Of a DNA stretch of 64,000 nucleotides, positions 51,268 through 62,895 are shown piece by piece; the stretch's first letter is position 1; each line of letters starts with the position of its first letter. The notes under the pieces were generated by a model. The model saw only the letters and a program-made list of their open reading frames with translations. It did not search any database and had not been told where the DNA came from. The stretch covers positions 42,064,674 through 42,128,673 of the forward strand of contig NC_068982.1 of NCBI RefSeq assembly GCF_001194135.2. Reading direction: 5' to 3'. Origin of the DNA: Octopus bimaculoides (Eukaryota). Both the position numbers and the translations under genes were made by a program.

Positions 51268-51606
51268 TTAAGGTTCATGGCTCAGTGGTTAGGGCATTGG
51301 GCTCACAATCATGAGGTAGTGAGTTTGATTTCCAGACCAGTCTGTGTGTTGTGTTCTTGAGCAAGACACTTTATTTTACCTTGCTCCATTTCACTCAGTT
51401 GTAGAAATGAGTTGCGACATCACTGGTGCCAAGCTATATCGGCCTTTGTCTTTCCCTTGCATAACATCAGTGGTGTGGAGAGGAGAGACTGGTATGCATG
51501 GGCAACTGCTGGTCTTCCATAAACACCCTTGCCTGGACTTCTGCTTTGGCGAGGAACTTTCTAGGTGCAATCCCATGGTCATTCATGACCAAAGGGGGTC
51601 TTTACC
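51268..51606 (+). mobile_element. SINE family D copy
   Basis: tRNA-like head GGCTCAGTGGTTAGGGCATTGG and a TTGAGCAAGACACTT core. Matches 33530-33870. Confidence 0.85.
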
Positions 51607-51844
51607 CTTTTATATACTGTTGTATTTATAATCTTGTATATTGTTGTTCTAACTTTAGAGGCCATTATTATGGCATACTGTTGATGTCATAGCTATATAT
51701 GACAACCTTTTGTTCTGTTGTTATCAAAACTTTATATGCCATCATTATGAGAGCTTTGTAAATTAATTATGCATTGCTGCACCAACATTAAGTATTATTA
51801 CTATGGCAACATTTTGTGTTGTCTATAAAATATCTTTACATATT

Positions 51845-52262
51845 GGTTTCAAGACTAACAGTTTGATTATATCAATTCCAGTACTCGACTGGTACTTATA
51901 TTATAAACCCTGAAAAGATGAAAAGCAATATCGACCTCAGCAGAATTTGAATTTAGAACTTGAAGATGGACAAAATGCTGTTAAGCATTTCAATTCAGCA
52001 TACTGCCAATTCTGCCAGCTCAACTTAAAATATCTTTACTTATTGATTTCAAATTTTAGCAAAGGGCCAGTCATTTCAGGGGAGGAGCTATGTCAATTGT
52101 GCCGATCCCAGTACTCAACTGGTACTTATTTTGTCTATCTTGAAAGGATGAAAGCAAAGTTTTAACTTCAGCAGCAGAATTTGAAAGCAGAACCTAAAGA
52201 CAGACGAAATGCTGCTAAGCATTTTGCCTGGCAAGCTAACAGTTCTGTCAGCTTGCTGCCTT
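51845..52262 (-). mobile_element. Two tandem SINE family B copies
   Basis: Two reverse copies delimited by three copies of an (A/G)ATATCTTTAC(A/T)TATTG motif. Confidence 0.8.
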
Positions 52263-52305
52263 AAGATATCTTTACATATTGCAAATTTACATATTATTCT
52301 TTTCC

Positions 52306-52517
52306 TCTTTTACTCTTTTACTTGTTTCAGTCATTTGACTGCGGCCATGCTGGAGCACCGTCTTTAGTTGAGCAAATTGACCCCAGGACTTATTCTTTGG
52401 AAGCCTAGTACTTATTCTATCGGTCTCTTTTGCTGAACCGCTAAATTACGGGGACGTAAACACACCACCATTGGTTGTCAAGCAATGCTGGGGGGACAAA
52501 CACAGACACACAAATAC

Positions 52518-52566
<49 letters not shown>

Positions 52567-53935
52567 CATATATACGATGGGGTTCTTTCAATTTCCGTCT
52601 ACCAAATCCACTCACAATGAGACACTTGCCCAAGGTGCCACGCAGTGGGACTGAACCCGGAACCATGTGGTTGGTAAGCAAGCTACTTACCACACAGCCA
52701 CTCCTGCACCTATTGATAACTATATCAGTTTTTATTAACGTATTTGATGGCATATAAAATGCATTATTTTCCCCAAAAAACGTCTCAGAAAGTCACCCCA
52801 GATTCTATATGTGAAGTTGGGTCTCCCATAAGCTTTAATGCACTAAAAACGTTTTTCTTGTATATGTGTTGCTGAAACTGGTATCTGTCTAACATGCCCT
52901 TTGCATCTTTTATGCTCTCAAATATGGTTAGTTAGCCTTACAGATTAAAAAAAATTTATATTAATTTCTCTTGTCAGTATGGGCAGCATGGCTCTTCAAG
53001 ATATATCATATCTTTTATCTTTTTCTTGTTTCAACTATTAGACTGTGGCCATGCTGGGGTCCCACCTTGAAGAACTTTTAGTTGAATGAATCAACTCCAG
53101 TAGTTAATTTCTATACTAAGCTTGGTACTTATTTATTGGTCATTTTTGCTGAACTGCTAAGTTACAGAGACATAAAGACACCAACACCGGTTGTCAAGTA
53201 GTGGTGGGGGACAAACACAGACACAAAGATGCACACACAGAGATATATATATATGAAGGGCTTCTTCCAGTTTCCATCTACCAACTCCACCCACAAGGCT
53301 TTGGTTGGCCTGAGGCTATTGTAGAAGACACTTGCCCAAGGTGTCATGCAGTGAGACTGAACCCGGAATCATGTGGTTAGGAAGCAAGCTTCTTATCACA
53401 CAGCCACGCCTGCAAACTATTGCAAGAATTGTTGGAGGAAGTTGGCTTCTGAAATTCGAGCAAAATATATATATATATCTAAAGTGGTTGACCTATCCAA
53501 CATATGCTACTTTTTGAAAAATGCTTAGGAAGAAAACAGACAACATTTTTGATTATTTAAAAAAATATAAATACTGTATTTTCTAGCTTATAAGTTAAAT
53601 TTTTCAGACTAGAACATACAGTCAAAAAATGTATGTCGACTTATACACCAAAATGACTTTGAAGCACCAAAAGTTTCATATAAAAGGCAACAGAGTTAGG
53701 AAAGATAATGACGATGTTTGAATCTCTTTACTCTTTTACTTGTTTCAGTCATTTGATTGTGGCCATGCTGGAGCACCGCCTTTAGTCGAGAAAATCGACC
53801 CCAGGACTTATTCTTTGTAAGCCTAGTACTTATTCTATCGGTCTTTTTTTGCCAAACCGCTAAGTTACGGGGACGTAAACACACCAGCATCGGTTGTCAA
53901 GCGATGGTGGGGGAACAAACACAGACACACAAACG

Positions 53936-53979
<44 letters not shown>

Positions 53980-54143
53980 TACGACGGGCTTCTTTCAGTT
54001 TCCGTCTACCAAATCCACTCACAAGGCTTTGGTCGGCCCAAGGTTATAGTAGAAGACACTTGCCCAAGGTGCCATGCAATGGGACTGAACCCGGGACCAT
54101 GTGGTTGGTAAGCAAGCTACTTACCACACAGCCACTCCTGCAC
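52306..54143 (-). mobile_element. Three antisense SINE family A copies in OTC intron 8 (about 52306-52710, 53005-53410, 53724-54143)
   Basis: Each has the reverse tail TACTCTTTTAC.., a TA/CA linker and the head ...CACAGCCAC(T/G)CCTGC. Confidence 0.88.
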
Positions 54144-54324
54144 CTATATATAATGTTTACAATACATGTTTATATATATATGTATATATATGTATATATG
54201 ATGTTTATAATACATGTTTATATTATATGCTATGTCGACTTGTATGCTAGAAAATATGGTAAAAGGTAGATTCTTGTTTTCAAAGTTTCAGTTCTTGAAA
54301 CTGATTTCTAAATTCTTTTTCCAG

Positions 54325-54462
54325 TTAGTAAAAGAAGCAGCTGCAGATTGGGTGTTTATGCATTGTCTTCCACGACACAAAGAAGAGGTCTCTGATAGTG
54401 TATTCTATGGGAAGAATTCTGTTGTCTGGCAAGAAGCTGAAAACCGAAAGTGGACTGTTATG
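54325..54462 (+). CDS. OTC: OTC exon 9 ([22 protein letters not shown]...[11 protein letters not shown])
   Basis: 138 nt, TTTTTCCAG/GTATGG boundaries, contains HCLP and AENR. Also visible inside track ORF 54214-54483. Confidence 0.99.
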
Positions 54463-54668
54463 GTATGGCTTGCCTATTCATAATCTCTGTCTGTCTCTCC
54501 TTCTGTCTCTTTCTTCTTCCTTTCTCTGTCATTATTTCTCTTGCATTGTGATATTTTGGAGTTTATTACGATGTAATAGACATTAAAATAATGTGCAATA
54601 TGTCACATGTACATATATAGACTAATTACAATGTCAAATATCTGTTCTTAGCTTGCTAGTACAATAAT

Positions 54669-55053
54669 GTGGAGGTGCAATGGCCCAGTGGTTAGGGCAG
54701 CAGACTCGCTGTCATAGGATCGCGGTTTCGATTCCCAGAGCGGGCGTTGTGAGTGTTTATTGAGCGAAAACACCTAAAGCTCCACGAGGCTCCAGCAGGG
54801 GATGGTGGCAAACCCTGCTGTACTCTTTCACCACAACTTTCTCTCACTCTCACTCCCTGTTTCTGTTGTGCCTGTAATTCAAAGGGTCAGCCTTGTCACA
54901 CTGTGTCAAGCTGAAAATCCCCGAGAACTACGTTAAGGGTACACATGTCTGTGGAGTGCTCAGTCACTTGCACATTAATTTCACGAGCAGGCTGTTCTGT
55001 TGATCGGATCAACTGGAACCCTTGACGTCATAAGCGACAGAGTGCCAACAACA
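54669..55053 (+). mobile_element. SINE family C full-length copy (OTC intron 9)
   Basis: Matches 1356-1746 over its whole length. Confidence 0.9.
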
Positions 55054-55579
55054 ATGACATCATGTATATAGTTTTCTGTAATGCCACACTACATACATAT
55101 GAGCTCATACATAAGGAATTACCATGCTTTTGTGTCTTATTTGTGAACATACATACATGCATACATGTACACATACACATTCATTCATTCATTTGTTCAT
55201 TCATTCATTCATTCATTTATTGTGTCTCCTTGTCTTGACATCATGTGATAGTTGTAATTGGCATCATCATCATACAAATGGCATCCTTTGTTTCCCTACT
55301 ACCATGGAAAGATGTCTGGCCATGCAAAAATATTGCCTTGCTTGAAAATGGATGAAGGTTGAGGACAAGACAAGCACCTTGCCTCCTGTATAATCCTGTT
55401 CAACCCGTGCTAGCATAGATAAATAGATGTTAAGTGAACAAATCAATGAACACCTTTTACTCACCCTCATATCATTTCTTCCCACCATACTTGAATGGGT
55501 TTGCTATCTTTGCAATATAACCTAACACCCATTTAATTTTGCGCTCATCTTATCTCTGGACTTTTTTTTACCTTTCTAG

Positions 55580-55639
55580 GCTGTGATTCATCATTTACTG
55601 AAAGACTACCAACCAGTTCACCCACAACCAGATTTCTAA
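55580..55639 (+). CDS. OTC: OTC exon 10 (AVIHHLLKDYQPVHPQPDF*)
   Basis: 60 nt including TAA, acceptor CCTTTCTAG. Aligns to human AVMVSLLTDYSPQLQKPKF. Confidence 0.95.
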   Translation, partial: AVIHHLLKDYQPVHPQPDF

Positions 55640-55959
55640 TTTTCTAAAGCTATTCTACAAGGAACAACAAAGCAAAAGTAAAAATTCTGATTTAGAATGC
55701 AGTTTTAGGGTTTAGGGGTTTTGTTTTGGGTGTTTTGCCGTTTAAGAATTTATTTGTATTTTCTGTTATTATGAAAGAATTTGTTTACAAGTTCTCTGTG
55801 TCCACTGAGTTTGCTTCTGATTCTGCTTTATTTGTGATGTTAATGTTTAATTTTGTTTAATATCTGCATAATTGAGATGAGGTGAGATGGAAGAATTGGT
55901 GGGCATTAATTTTTGTGAGCTGGCATATTGGTTGGCATTTTTTTGTGAGGTGACAAGCT

Positions 55960-57055
55960 GGCATAAGGCAGCAAGCTGGTAGAATCATTAGCACGCTGGA
56001 CAAAGTGTTTAGCAGTTTTTCACCCATCATTACATTCTAAGTTCAAATTCCGCTGAGGTCAACTTTGCCTTTCATCCTTTCGGGGTCAATAAATTAAGTA
56101 CCAGTGAAACACTGGGGTTGATGTAATCGACTAGTCCCCTTCTCCCGAACTTCAGGCTTTGTGCCTTTAGTAGAATGGATTATTTTTTGTGAGGATAAAG
56201 TGTTAAGCTGACAGAATTGTTAGCACATCAAACGAAATGCTGAATTAGCATTTCTTCTTGCTGTGTATGTTTTGAGTTCAAACTCTACTGAAGTTGACTC
56301 CACCTTTCATCCTTTTGGAATTGATAAAATAAGTACCAGTTGAACACTGGGATTGATGTAATTGACTAAACCTTTTCTTAAAATTGCTGGTCTTATACCA
56401 AAATTGAAGCCATTATTTTATCTGATGGTCTTGCTGTATTATCACTGTTAAGAAGTATGTGTCAGTTAGGACTGCTCAACCATAAGTACTAATCAGGTTT
56501 TAAAGTTTAACTATACAGCTTGTATATTTTAATTAAACATTTCTGTTTCTGTTTTATTTATAAGACTGTAAGCTTGAGTCTTATCATTATTAAACAGAAA
56601 GTGAAGGTGGTGACCTGGCAGAATTGTAAGCATGCTGGACAAAATGCTTAACGGTAGGTATTTCACTTGTCACTACGTTCTTAGTTCGAATTCCGCTGAG
56701 GTTGACTTTACCTTTCATCCTTTCAGGGTTGATAAATTAAGTACCAGTTGAGTACTGGGGTTGATGTAATCAACTATCCCCCTCCCCCATATTTCAGGCC
56801 TTGTGCCTATAATAGAAAAGGTTATTAAACAGAAAGTGATGAGCTGGCAGAATTGTTAGCATACTGGATAAAACGTTTAATGGTATTTCATCCATCTTCA
56901 CGTTCTGAATTCTAATTCTGCCAAAGTTGACTTTGCCTTTTATCCTTTTAAAGTAGATAAAATAAGTACCAGTTGAACACTAGGGTTGATGTAATTGTCT
57001 TATCTCACACCACACAATTGCTGGCCTTGTGCCAAAATTTGAAACCATTATTATA
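55960..57055 (+). mobile_element. Four same-orientation SINE family B copies downstream of the OTC stop
   Basis: Copies at about 55960-56183, 56198-56417, 56605-56821 and 56836-57055. An 18-bp TSD flanks the third. Confidence 0.88.
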
Positions 57056-57108
57056 CAAAGGTAAGAAAGTGAACAAAATGTAAGATATGTGAATGATAAA
57101 AGGGTGAA

Positions 57109-57114
57109 AATAAA
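57109..57114 (+). promoter_or_regulatory. Candidate OTC polyadenylation signal
   Basis: First AATAAA outside a SINE after the stop codon, with a T/GT-rich stretch about 25 nt downstream. A second AATAAA lies at 57350. Confidence 0.35.
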
Positions 57115-57559
57115 ATGTATTATATTTCTAAGGGATTACAGTTTTGTTCTTTCATTCGGATATATTTGGCAATTAACTGTAGTCTTGAAAGAAAGCTCTC
57201 AGAATCATTATAGTTGATAGAGATGATAGTGTGAAAAACACCAGCATTGTCAGCTTACAGCACAGGAGACTGGTTGTTGCATCAACAATACTCTGAAAAA
57301 ATGTACACAAGTTGCAGTTCAACACCCAGAGCTATGTTTACCACTGCAGAATAAAGAGGTAATTTTACAAGGGCTATTATATTCCTACCTGAACATGAAT
57401 CTGGAATCAAAAGTTTATGTACTGTCATCGGAAACGTTTAACTGGAAAAATGCAGAATTATCAGAGTTATGGGCATTGAAAGTGTACATGCAGCAAGAAA
57501 GTGCAGTAATAATGTTTAGTAGTTGAAAACTGAATAATGAAATGCAGAATTAGGTCTGC

Positions 57560-57897
57560 TGATCGTGAGAATCAAATATCGATCGCTTTGCTAAAAACTA
57601 ACAGCTGTAAATGTAGGTGCTATGGGTTATTTCCCTTGAGGGTTTAAAAAAATATTGTGCAGGTGCTATGGGTTATTTCCCTTGGGTGTTAAAAAAATTA
57701 GTTATATCAGGTAGATATAAAGATCCCTTCCAGGTGCCGTATTATCGATTTTTTTCAACAATCTAAGTATGTCACGAGGTTTCCTGATATGAGTTCTACT
57801 CACGTGTCAAGTTTCATCAAAATCAATAAAACGATGTAGGAGTTAGCTAACAACGCCACAAACAAACACACACCGATTTTTCACATATGTAGTAGAT
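57560..57897 (+). mobile_element. Possible non-autonomous Helitron-like element 3' end
   Basis: AAGTTTCATCAAAATC...ACAAACAAACACAC...ATATGTAGTAGAT resembles Lep1/DINE-type ends. Internal ~45-bp duplication. Confidence 0.4.
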
Positions 57898-58289
57898 ATA
57901 TATACAGAGAGAGAGAGAGAGAAAGAAAGAGAAATAGAGAAAGGTTTAAGGGCTTCAAATCTGATATCACATACCTAGCAACAGGACAGACAATGCTAAG
58001 CTATCTATTAGACAAATGACGATATTTGAAGAAAAGATGAAGATTTCGGTCAATCATATCCCAAAACATCTCGATAAGGTCCAGTTCTTGTTGTGTTGTT
58101 ACCACTCGTGTGCCTCAATCATCCTGAGAGCCATGCTAGTAGAATACAAACTCCTGATAGGGTTTCATTTACTGGACACGTAAAAGGCTAGGGGGCCAGA
58201 ATAACATGGACAACCTCATCGCAGAGGTAAAAATTGGTTTGCGTAGGGTAAATACTCCTGTCTAGAAAAAGAAAATCGAAGTTATAGTA

Positions 58290-58545
58290 GTATCGATGAC
58301 AGCTGAGATTCAACAAGAACGGGAGAGAAAGGTTTTCAATCAAGGGGTGGGTTTGGGGAGGAAACATGACACGATGCAGCAAAATCTGAAAAGGCCTTAA
58401 CCGGAAACTTACAAGCGGAGGAGAGGACGCTCTAAAAATAGCCGGAGAGAAACAAAAAGAAGACGGTCCGGAGTGAAGAACAGTGGATAAAAGTTGTCGA
58501 TGGCCTACACTCCATAAGGAGAGCAGGGCTAAAGCAAACAAACAT
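58290..58545 (+). mobile_element. RTE-type LINE 3' remnant
   Basis: EIQQ...KRRRGRSKNSRR...VVDGLHS...GCTAAAGCAAACAAAC end. Confidence 0.6.
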
Positions 58546-58813
58546 TCAAAGACAGGTAAAATCTGACGACTTTCTGCACACCACCGCCATTACAACAACA
58601 ACAGCATCATCATTAACAACAGCAACTAACCCATAATTCGGACGTTCCCCTCATAAACGAATATCTTTCATACCTCATTCCTTTCCTTCCTTCTTTTTGT
58701 GTTTCTTTGGTTCTATTTCTTCGTAATCATACTTTTTTTTCTCTCGGTTAAAAAATTCTTCCTTCACTTCTCATTATTTATCAATCATTTAATGTTTCTC
58801 TGTCTGTCTGTCC

Positions 58814-58861
<48 letters not shown>

Positions 58862-60587
58862 TTATCCATCCATTTAGTTTTCTGTCATATATCTCCTCCT
58901 CAACCGCCACCTTTCTCTCACCCCCTCTCTCTTTCTCCCTCCCACCACCAAAGTCCTGTCGTCTGCTATTAGTGACTCTTCACCAGGCCACTTATTGATT
59001 CACTGTATTTTCTTCATCCTCCTTTTCTCTTTTTCTAGGTCTCTCTCTCACCATTTCTTTCTTTCTCTCTCTCTTTCTCTCTCTCTCCGCCAGCCCTGTC
59101 GTCTATGACTCTTCACTGGGTTACCTAATGATTCGTGGCACTGGGTTACTTAATGATTCGTTGCTTCGTCACATTTGTCCCGCCTCTCTGCTTCTCTCTT
59201 CTCTTTCCTTCCCGCCTTCTCCCCCTCCTGTTCCCCCTTTTCTCCTTCCCACTCCATCCCCTCCTCTCATCCCCTCCTCATTTATAAGGGGGTCCCTAAG
59301 GTAAAGCCTGAAATATAAAGGGGTCCGCAAGTCAAAAAGTTTGAAAACCCCTGGCTTAAACCTTAATTCTCCATACGGTAGTTCTTTTGCATTCAAACTA
59401 CTAAACAGTGTCGTAATTAAATGAATATTACTTGAAAATTCGAACAAAAAAAAAATACGAAACGAAACGGAACGAAAAAAAAAAACGTGTCTTATCTTGC
59501 TTAAGAAAAATTCTCTGTTCTAGGATAGGACCACATTAAATGTAAACGTTACACAACTGTTTTTTAATCTCTCCTTGAAACATTTTGATAATTGACTATT
59601 CGGGTCAGAGAGATGAAAACAGAATTAACATTCCACTGGAATGAAAAAAAAAAAAAAAATGAAGAAAGAAAAAAAAAGATGTCCGCACTTTGACATTTCA
59701 GGAAATAATAAAAAAAAAAGCGGACATTCTTGTAATCGCGAAGAATTTACAATTGTTTAATAACATTAGTGTCAAAGAATTGATGTAATAGTGATATCAA
59801 ATCCGTGTCTTGTACCAATGGATTTTATATAGTATGGTTGTAAGAAACGAATTTTAAGAAATAGGCGTAGGCATAGCTGTTTGGTTAATAAGTTCACTTT
59901 GTAACCGTTTGGTTTGGAGTTCAGTCCCCATTGCGAGAAACTGATCATTGGGTAAGTGCTTTCAGTAATAAACACAGGCCAACCATTGCCTTGTGAAATG
60001 AGTGAAATTCATAGACGGAAAGTGAGTGGAAGCCAGTTGTGTGTGTGTGTGTGTTAGAATAAAAGTACGCACAGGCAAACAAGTGGTATCTGTTCAGATT
60101 NNNNNNNNNNNNNNNNNNNNNNNNNNNNNNNNNNNNNNNNNNNNNNNNNNNNNNNNNNNNNNNNNNNNNNNNNNNNNNNNNNNNNNNNNNNNNNNNNNNN
60201 NNNNNNNNNNNNNNNNNNNNNNNNNNNNNNNNNNNNNNNNNNNNNNNNNNNNNNNNNNNNNNNNNNNNNNNNNNNNNNNNNNNNNNNNNNNNNNNNNNNN
60301 NNNNNNNNNNNNNNNNNNNNNNNNNNNNNNNNNNNNNNNNNNNNNNNNNNNNNNNNNNNNNNNNNNNNNNNNNNNNNNNNNNNNNNNNNNNNNNNNNNNN
60401 NNNNNNNNNNNNNNNNNNNNNNNNNNNNNNNNNNNNNNNNNNNNNNNNNNNNNNNNNNNNNNNNNNNNNNNNNNNNNNNNNNNNNNNNNNNNNNNNNNNN
60501 NNNNNNNNNNNNNNNNNNNNNNNNNNNNNNNNNNNNNNNNNNNNNNNNNNNNNNNNNNNNNNNAATAACCGTTCTCATATCTTTAAT

Positions 60588-61020
60588 GGCCTTTTAAAAT
60601 TTAGGAAGGCCAACAATTTTGAGGACAAGTGTAAGTCATTAATCGATTCCAGGACTCGACTGGTACTTTACTTAACTGAAGAAGCGATAAAAGCAAAGCT
60701 GACCTCGATGGCGTTTGAACTCAGAATATTCTTTTCTTTTCTAGGCAAAAGGCCCGAAATTTTTGGGGAGGAGGCCAGTCGATTAGGTCGACCACCAGTA
60801 CACAACTGTTACTTAATTTATTGACCCCGAAAGGTTGAAAGACAAAGTCGATCTCGGCGGAATTTGAACTCAAAACGTAAAGACAGACGAAATACCGCTA
60901 AGCATTTCACCCGGCGTGCTAACGTTTCAGCCAGCTCGCCACCTTTGAACTCAGAATATTAAGAACAAATGAAACAAGGTATTTTTCAGACGATCTAACG
61001 ATTCTGTCAGCTCACTACCT
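60588..61020 (-). mobile_element. SINE family B copy with a second family B copy (60731-60943) nested inside
   Basis: Outer TSD CGTTCTCATATCTTTAAT; inner TSD TTTGAACTCAGAATATT. Confidence 0.9.
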
Positions 61021-61959
61021 CGTTCTCATATCTTTAATAAAGTCATTTCTACTTCCGATCGAAAATGCGTGGCTCTGTTACGAATATGTAACGGTGATTT
61101 GAAATCGAATCATTGGATACGCGGTCAGACATCACGACCGAACCACAATAGTTTCACGAGTCTGGTTTATTAAGCAACCCATCAGTGTCAACCTGTGACG
61201 TGAGATGTAGTCTTCTAGAATCTTATACCTTATAAAAGACAGCTTCTGGTGCTTAAGCTATTCGAAGTGTTGAAAGCAGCTGAACGATATGCGCCTCCAC
61301 TCTTGCCATCTGACGGTTCTTCTCATTTACGCAGACGGCCAATGCAGACGACCTAGGACAGACAATCAAGGACCTCCGTCGCCACGAAGATAGTGCAGTG
61401 GATTTCAAATGTTTTGGACTGACTGCTGTACAGATAACATTCTGTAATCTCAGACTAGTGTCTCTCTCCTAGTCTGTAATTATTAATATCGTTATTTGTA
61501 AACGTCCAACGACAACCGCCTTTATGCGCGATACTAAATATTTCAGTTAGACGATTGCAGGTGTTGCTGAAGCCAATTTTTTCATGCAGCCAAGAAACAC
61601 ATTTTAATTGCCAATGAAACCACGGTGCAGTAAACAACCAGCTGACACCTGGTGACAATTACTAAACCCAACCGGTAGCTGGTGCAGGCCTATCTGTCTG
61701 TCTGTCTCTAGACAAGCACCTAAAAGCGTATGGTATACATTACATCGAACTATTCTCGCCCGCCAGTAACGGCTAGCTGTATTGTACATTAACTAGTTCG
61801 GAAATATTTCTATTTCTTTTCTTTTCGGAAGCCGTTGAAAATGACGATAGCCTTGAAGAACTTCTAATCTCAGTTATCCCTTTATCGACTAGACTATCGA
61901 ATGTTGTTATACTCCGCTGGTCACAGCGCGCTTCCTTCCTTGCACTGTTTGTAGCCTTC

Positions 61960-62182
61960 GAATGATGTCATCCCGCTGACTAGGCGGGCAACCCATTCCC
62001 ATTGAGCGGAATGGCAATCTGTCGCAGGGTTACCCATTTACACCTGGGTGGACCAGAGCAGGGTGAAATGAAGTGTTTTGCTCAAGAAGACAACGAACTG
62101 CAACGAGCTGCCGGTTTGGGAATCGAAACCACGAACTTGCGATCGTACGTGCAATACCTTGACCACCAGGTCACGCGCCTGC
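61960..62182 (-). mobile_element. tRNA-derived SINE related to families C/D
   Basis: Reverse head GTGCAGGCGCGTGACCTGGTGGTCAAGG...GGTTTCGATTCCC and a TTGAGCAAAACACTT core. Confidence 0.7.
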
Positions 62183-62672
62183 ACAATTTCAGTTATATGT
62201 CAAATCAAAATCTTTCCTTTCAGCTTATAAAATTTCCACTTTGATAAACTGTACCCTCCTTTTTTCGGCATGACTATCTTATAACTATAAAGAATTAGTT
62301 GCTTTTATTGAAACTTATACATGGATATGTTTCAATAGACTAGCATTCACACTGGCTTGAAATTTCTTCGGTAGCAATACCGTTGTCTGTTATTGTTTGA
62401 GCATATATATACATAAAAGAAAAATCAGGTTGCAACTCTAGAAGCAACAATCGGGTTCAATGCTCATGCCTTTTTCGACTAAAGTAAAACGATTTACACA
62501 GACATCAAAATTTGTTTATGAAGTTTGGACGCAGACGTCTTTAATCTTTTTTTTTTAAAATCTTGCTACTGATTTACCATCAGTTCACTCCTAATACCTA
62601 CATTAATCTTAAAAACAACAATTCTTTAACCAATCCTTCGAAAGAAATAAATCTTCACATAAACACTTCTAT

Positions 62673-62895
62673 GGTGGAAGTCAACTCGTGACGGAGTAAC
62701 ACCTCTTCTTAAGCTCAGTAAGGCCATGCAAGAGTTTCGAGAGCCCAAGCAGTTCCTGTGCGTGAATTTGTTTTGAGTGGATAAAGTGTTGCGCAACACT
62801 GAACTCACTTTTCGGTGTTATCAGCTATAACATGCTTTGCTTGGCCTTACTGAGCTCAAGAAGTGGTGTTACTCCGTCACGAGTTGACTTCCACC
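62673..62895. mobile_element. MITE with ~55-bp TIRs
   Basis: GGTGGAAGTCAACTCGTGACGGAGTAACACC...GCTCAGTAAGGCCA and its reverse complement. Imperfect 8-bp flanks ACTTCTAT/ACTTGTAC. Confidence 0.85.

Larger units (their letters stand above)
30890..55639 (+). other. OTC: Gene span (ATG to stop) of mitochondrial ornithine carbamoyltransferase, 10 coding exons, 347 aa
   Basis: Exon lengths 83+112+82+88+154+123+54+150+138+60 sum to 1044 nt and splice into one open frame. Catalytic motifs are present: KRSTRT (carbamoyl phosphate binding), [16 protein letters not shown] and HCLP, plus EAENR. Confidence 0.97.

Noticed and set aside
55703-55730. TTTAGGG-like motif in the OTC 3' UTR
   Set aside because: There are only two repeat units and three G-runs, too short to call telomeric or G4.
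61076-61520. Possible solo LTR (TGTTACG start, TATAAAA at about 61231)
   Set aside because: I could not find a matching CA end with a 4-6 bp TSD. It needs a BLASTN search for other copies.
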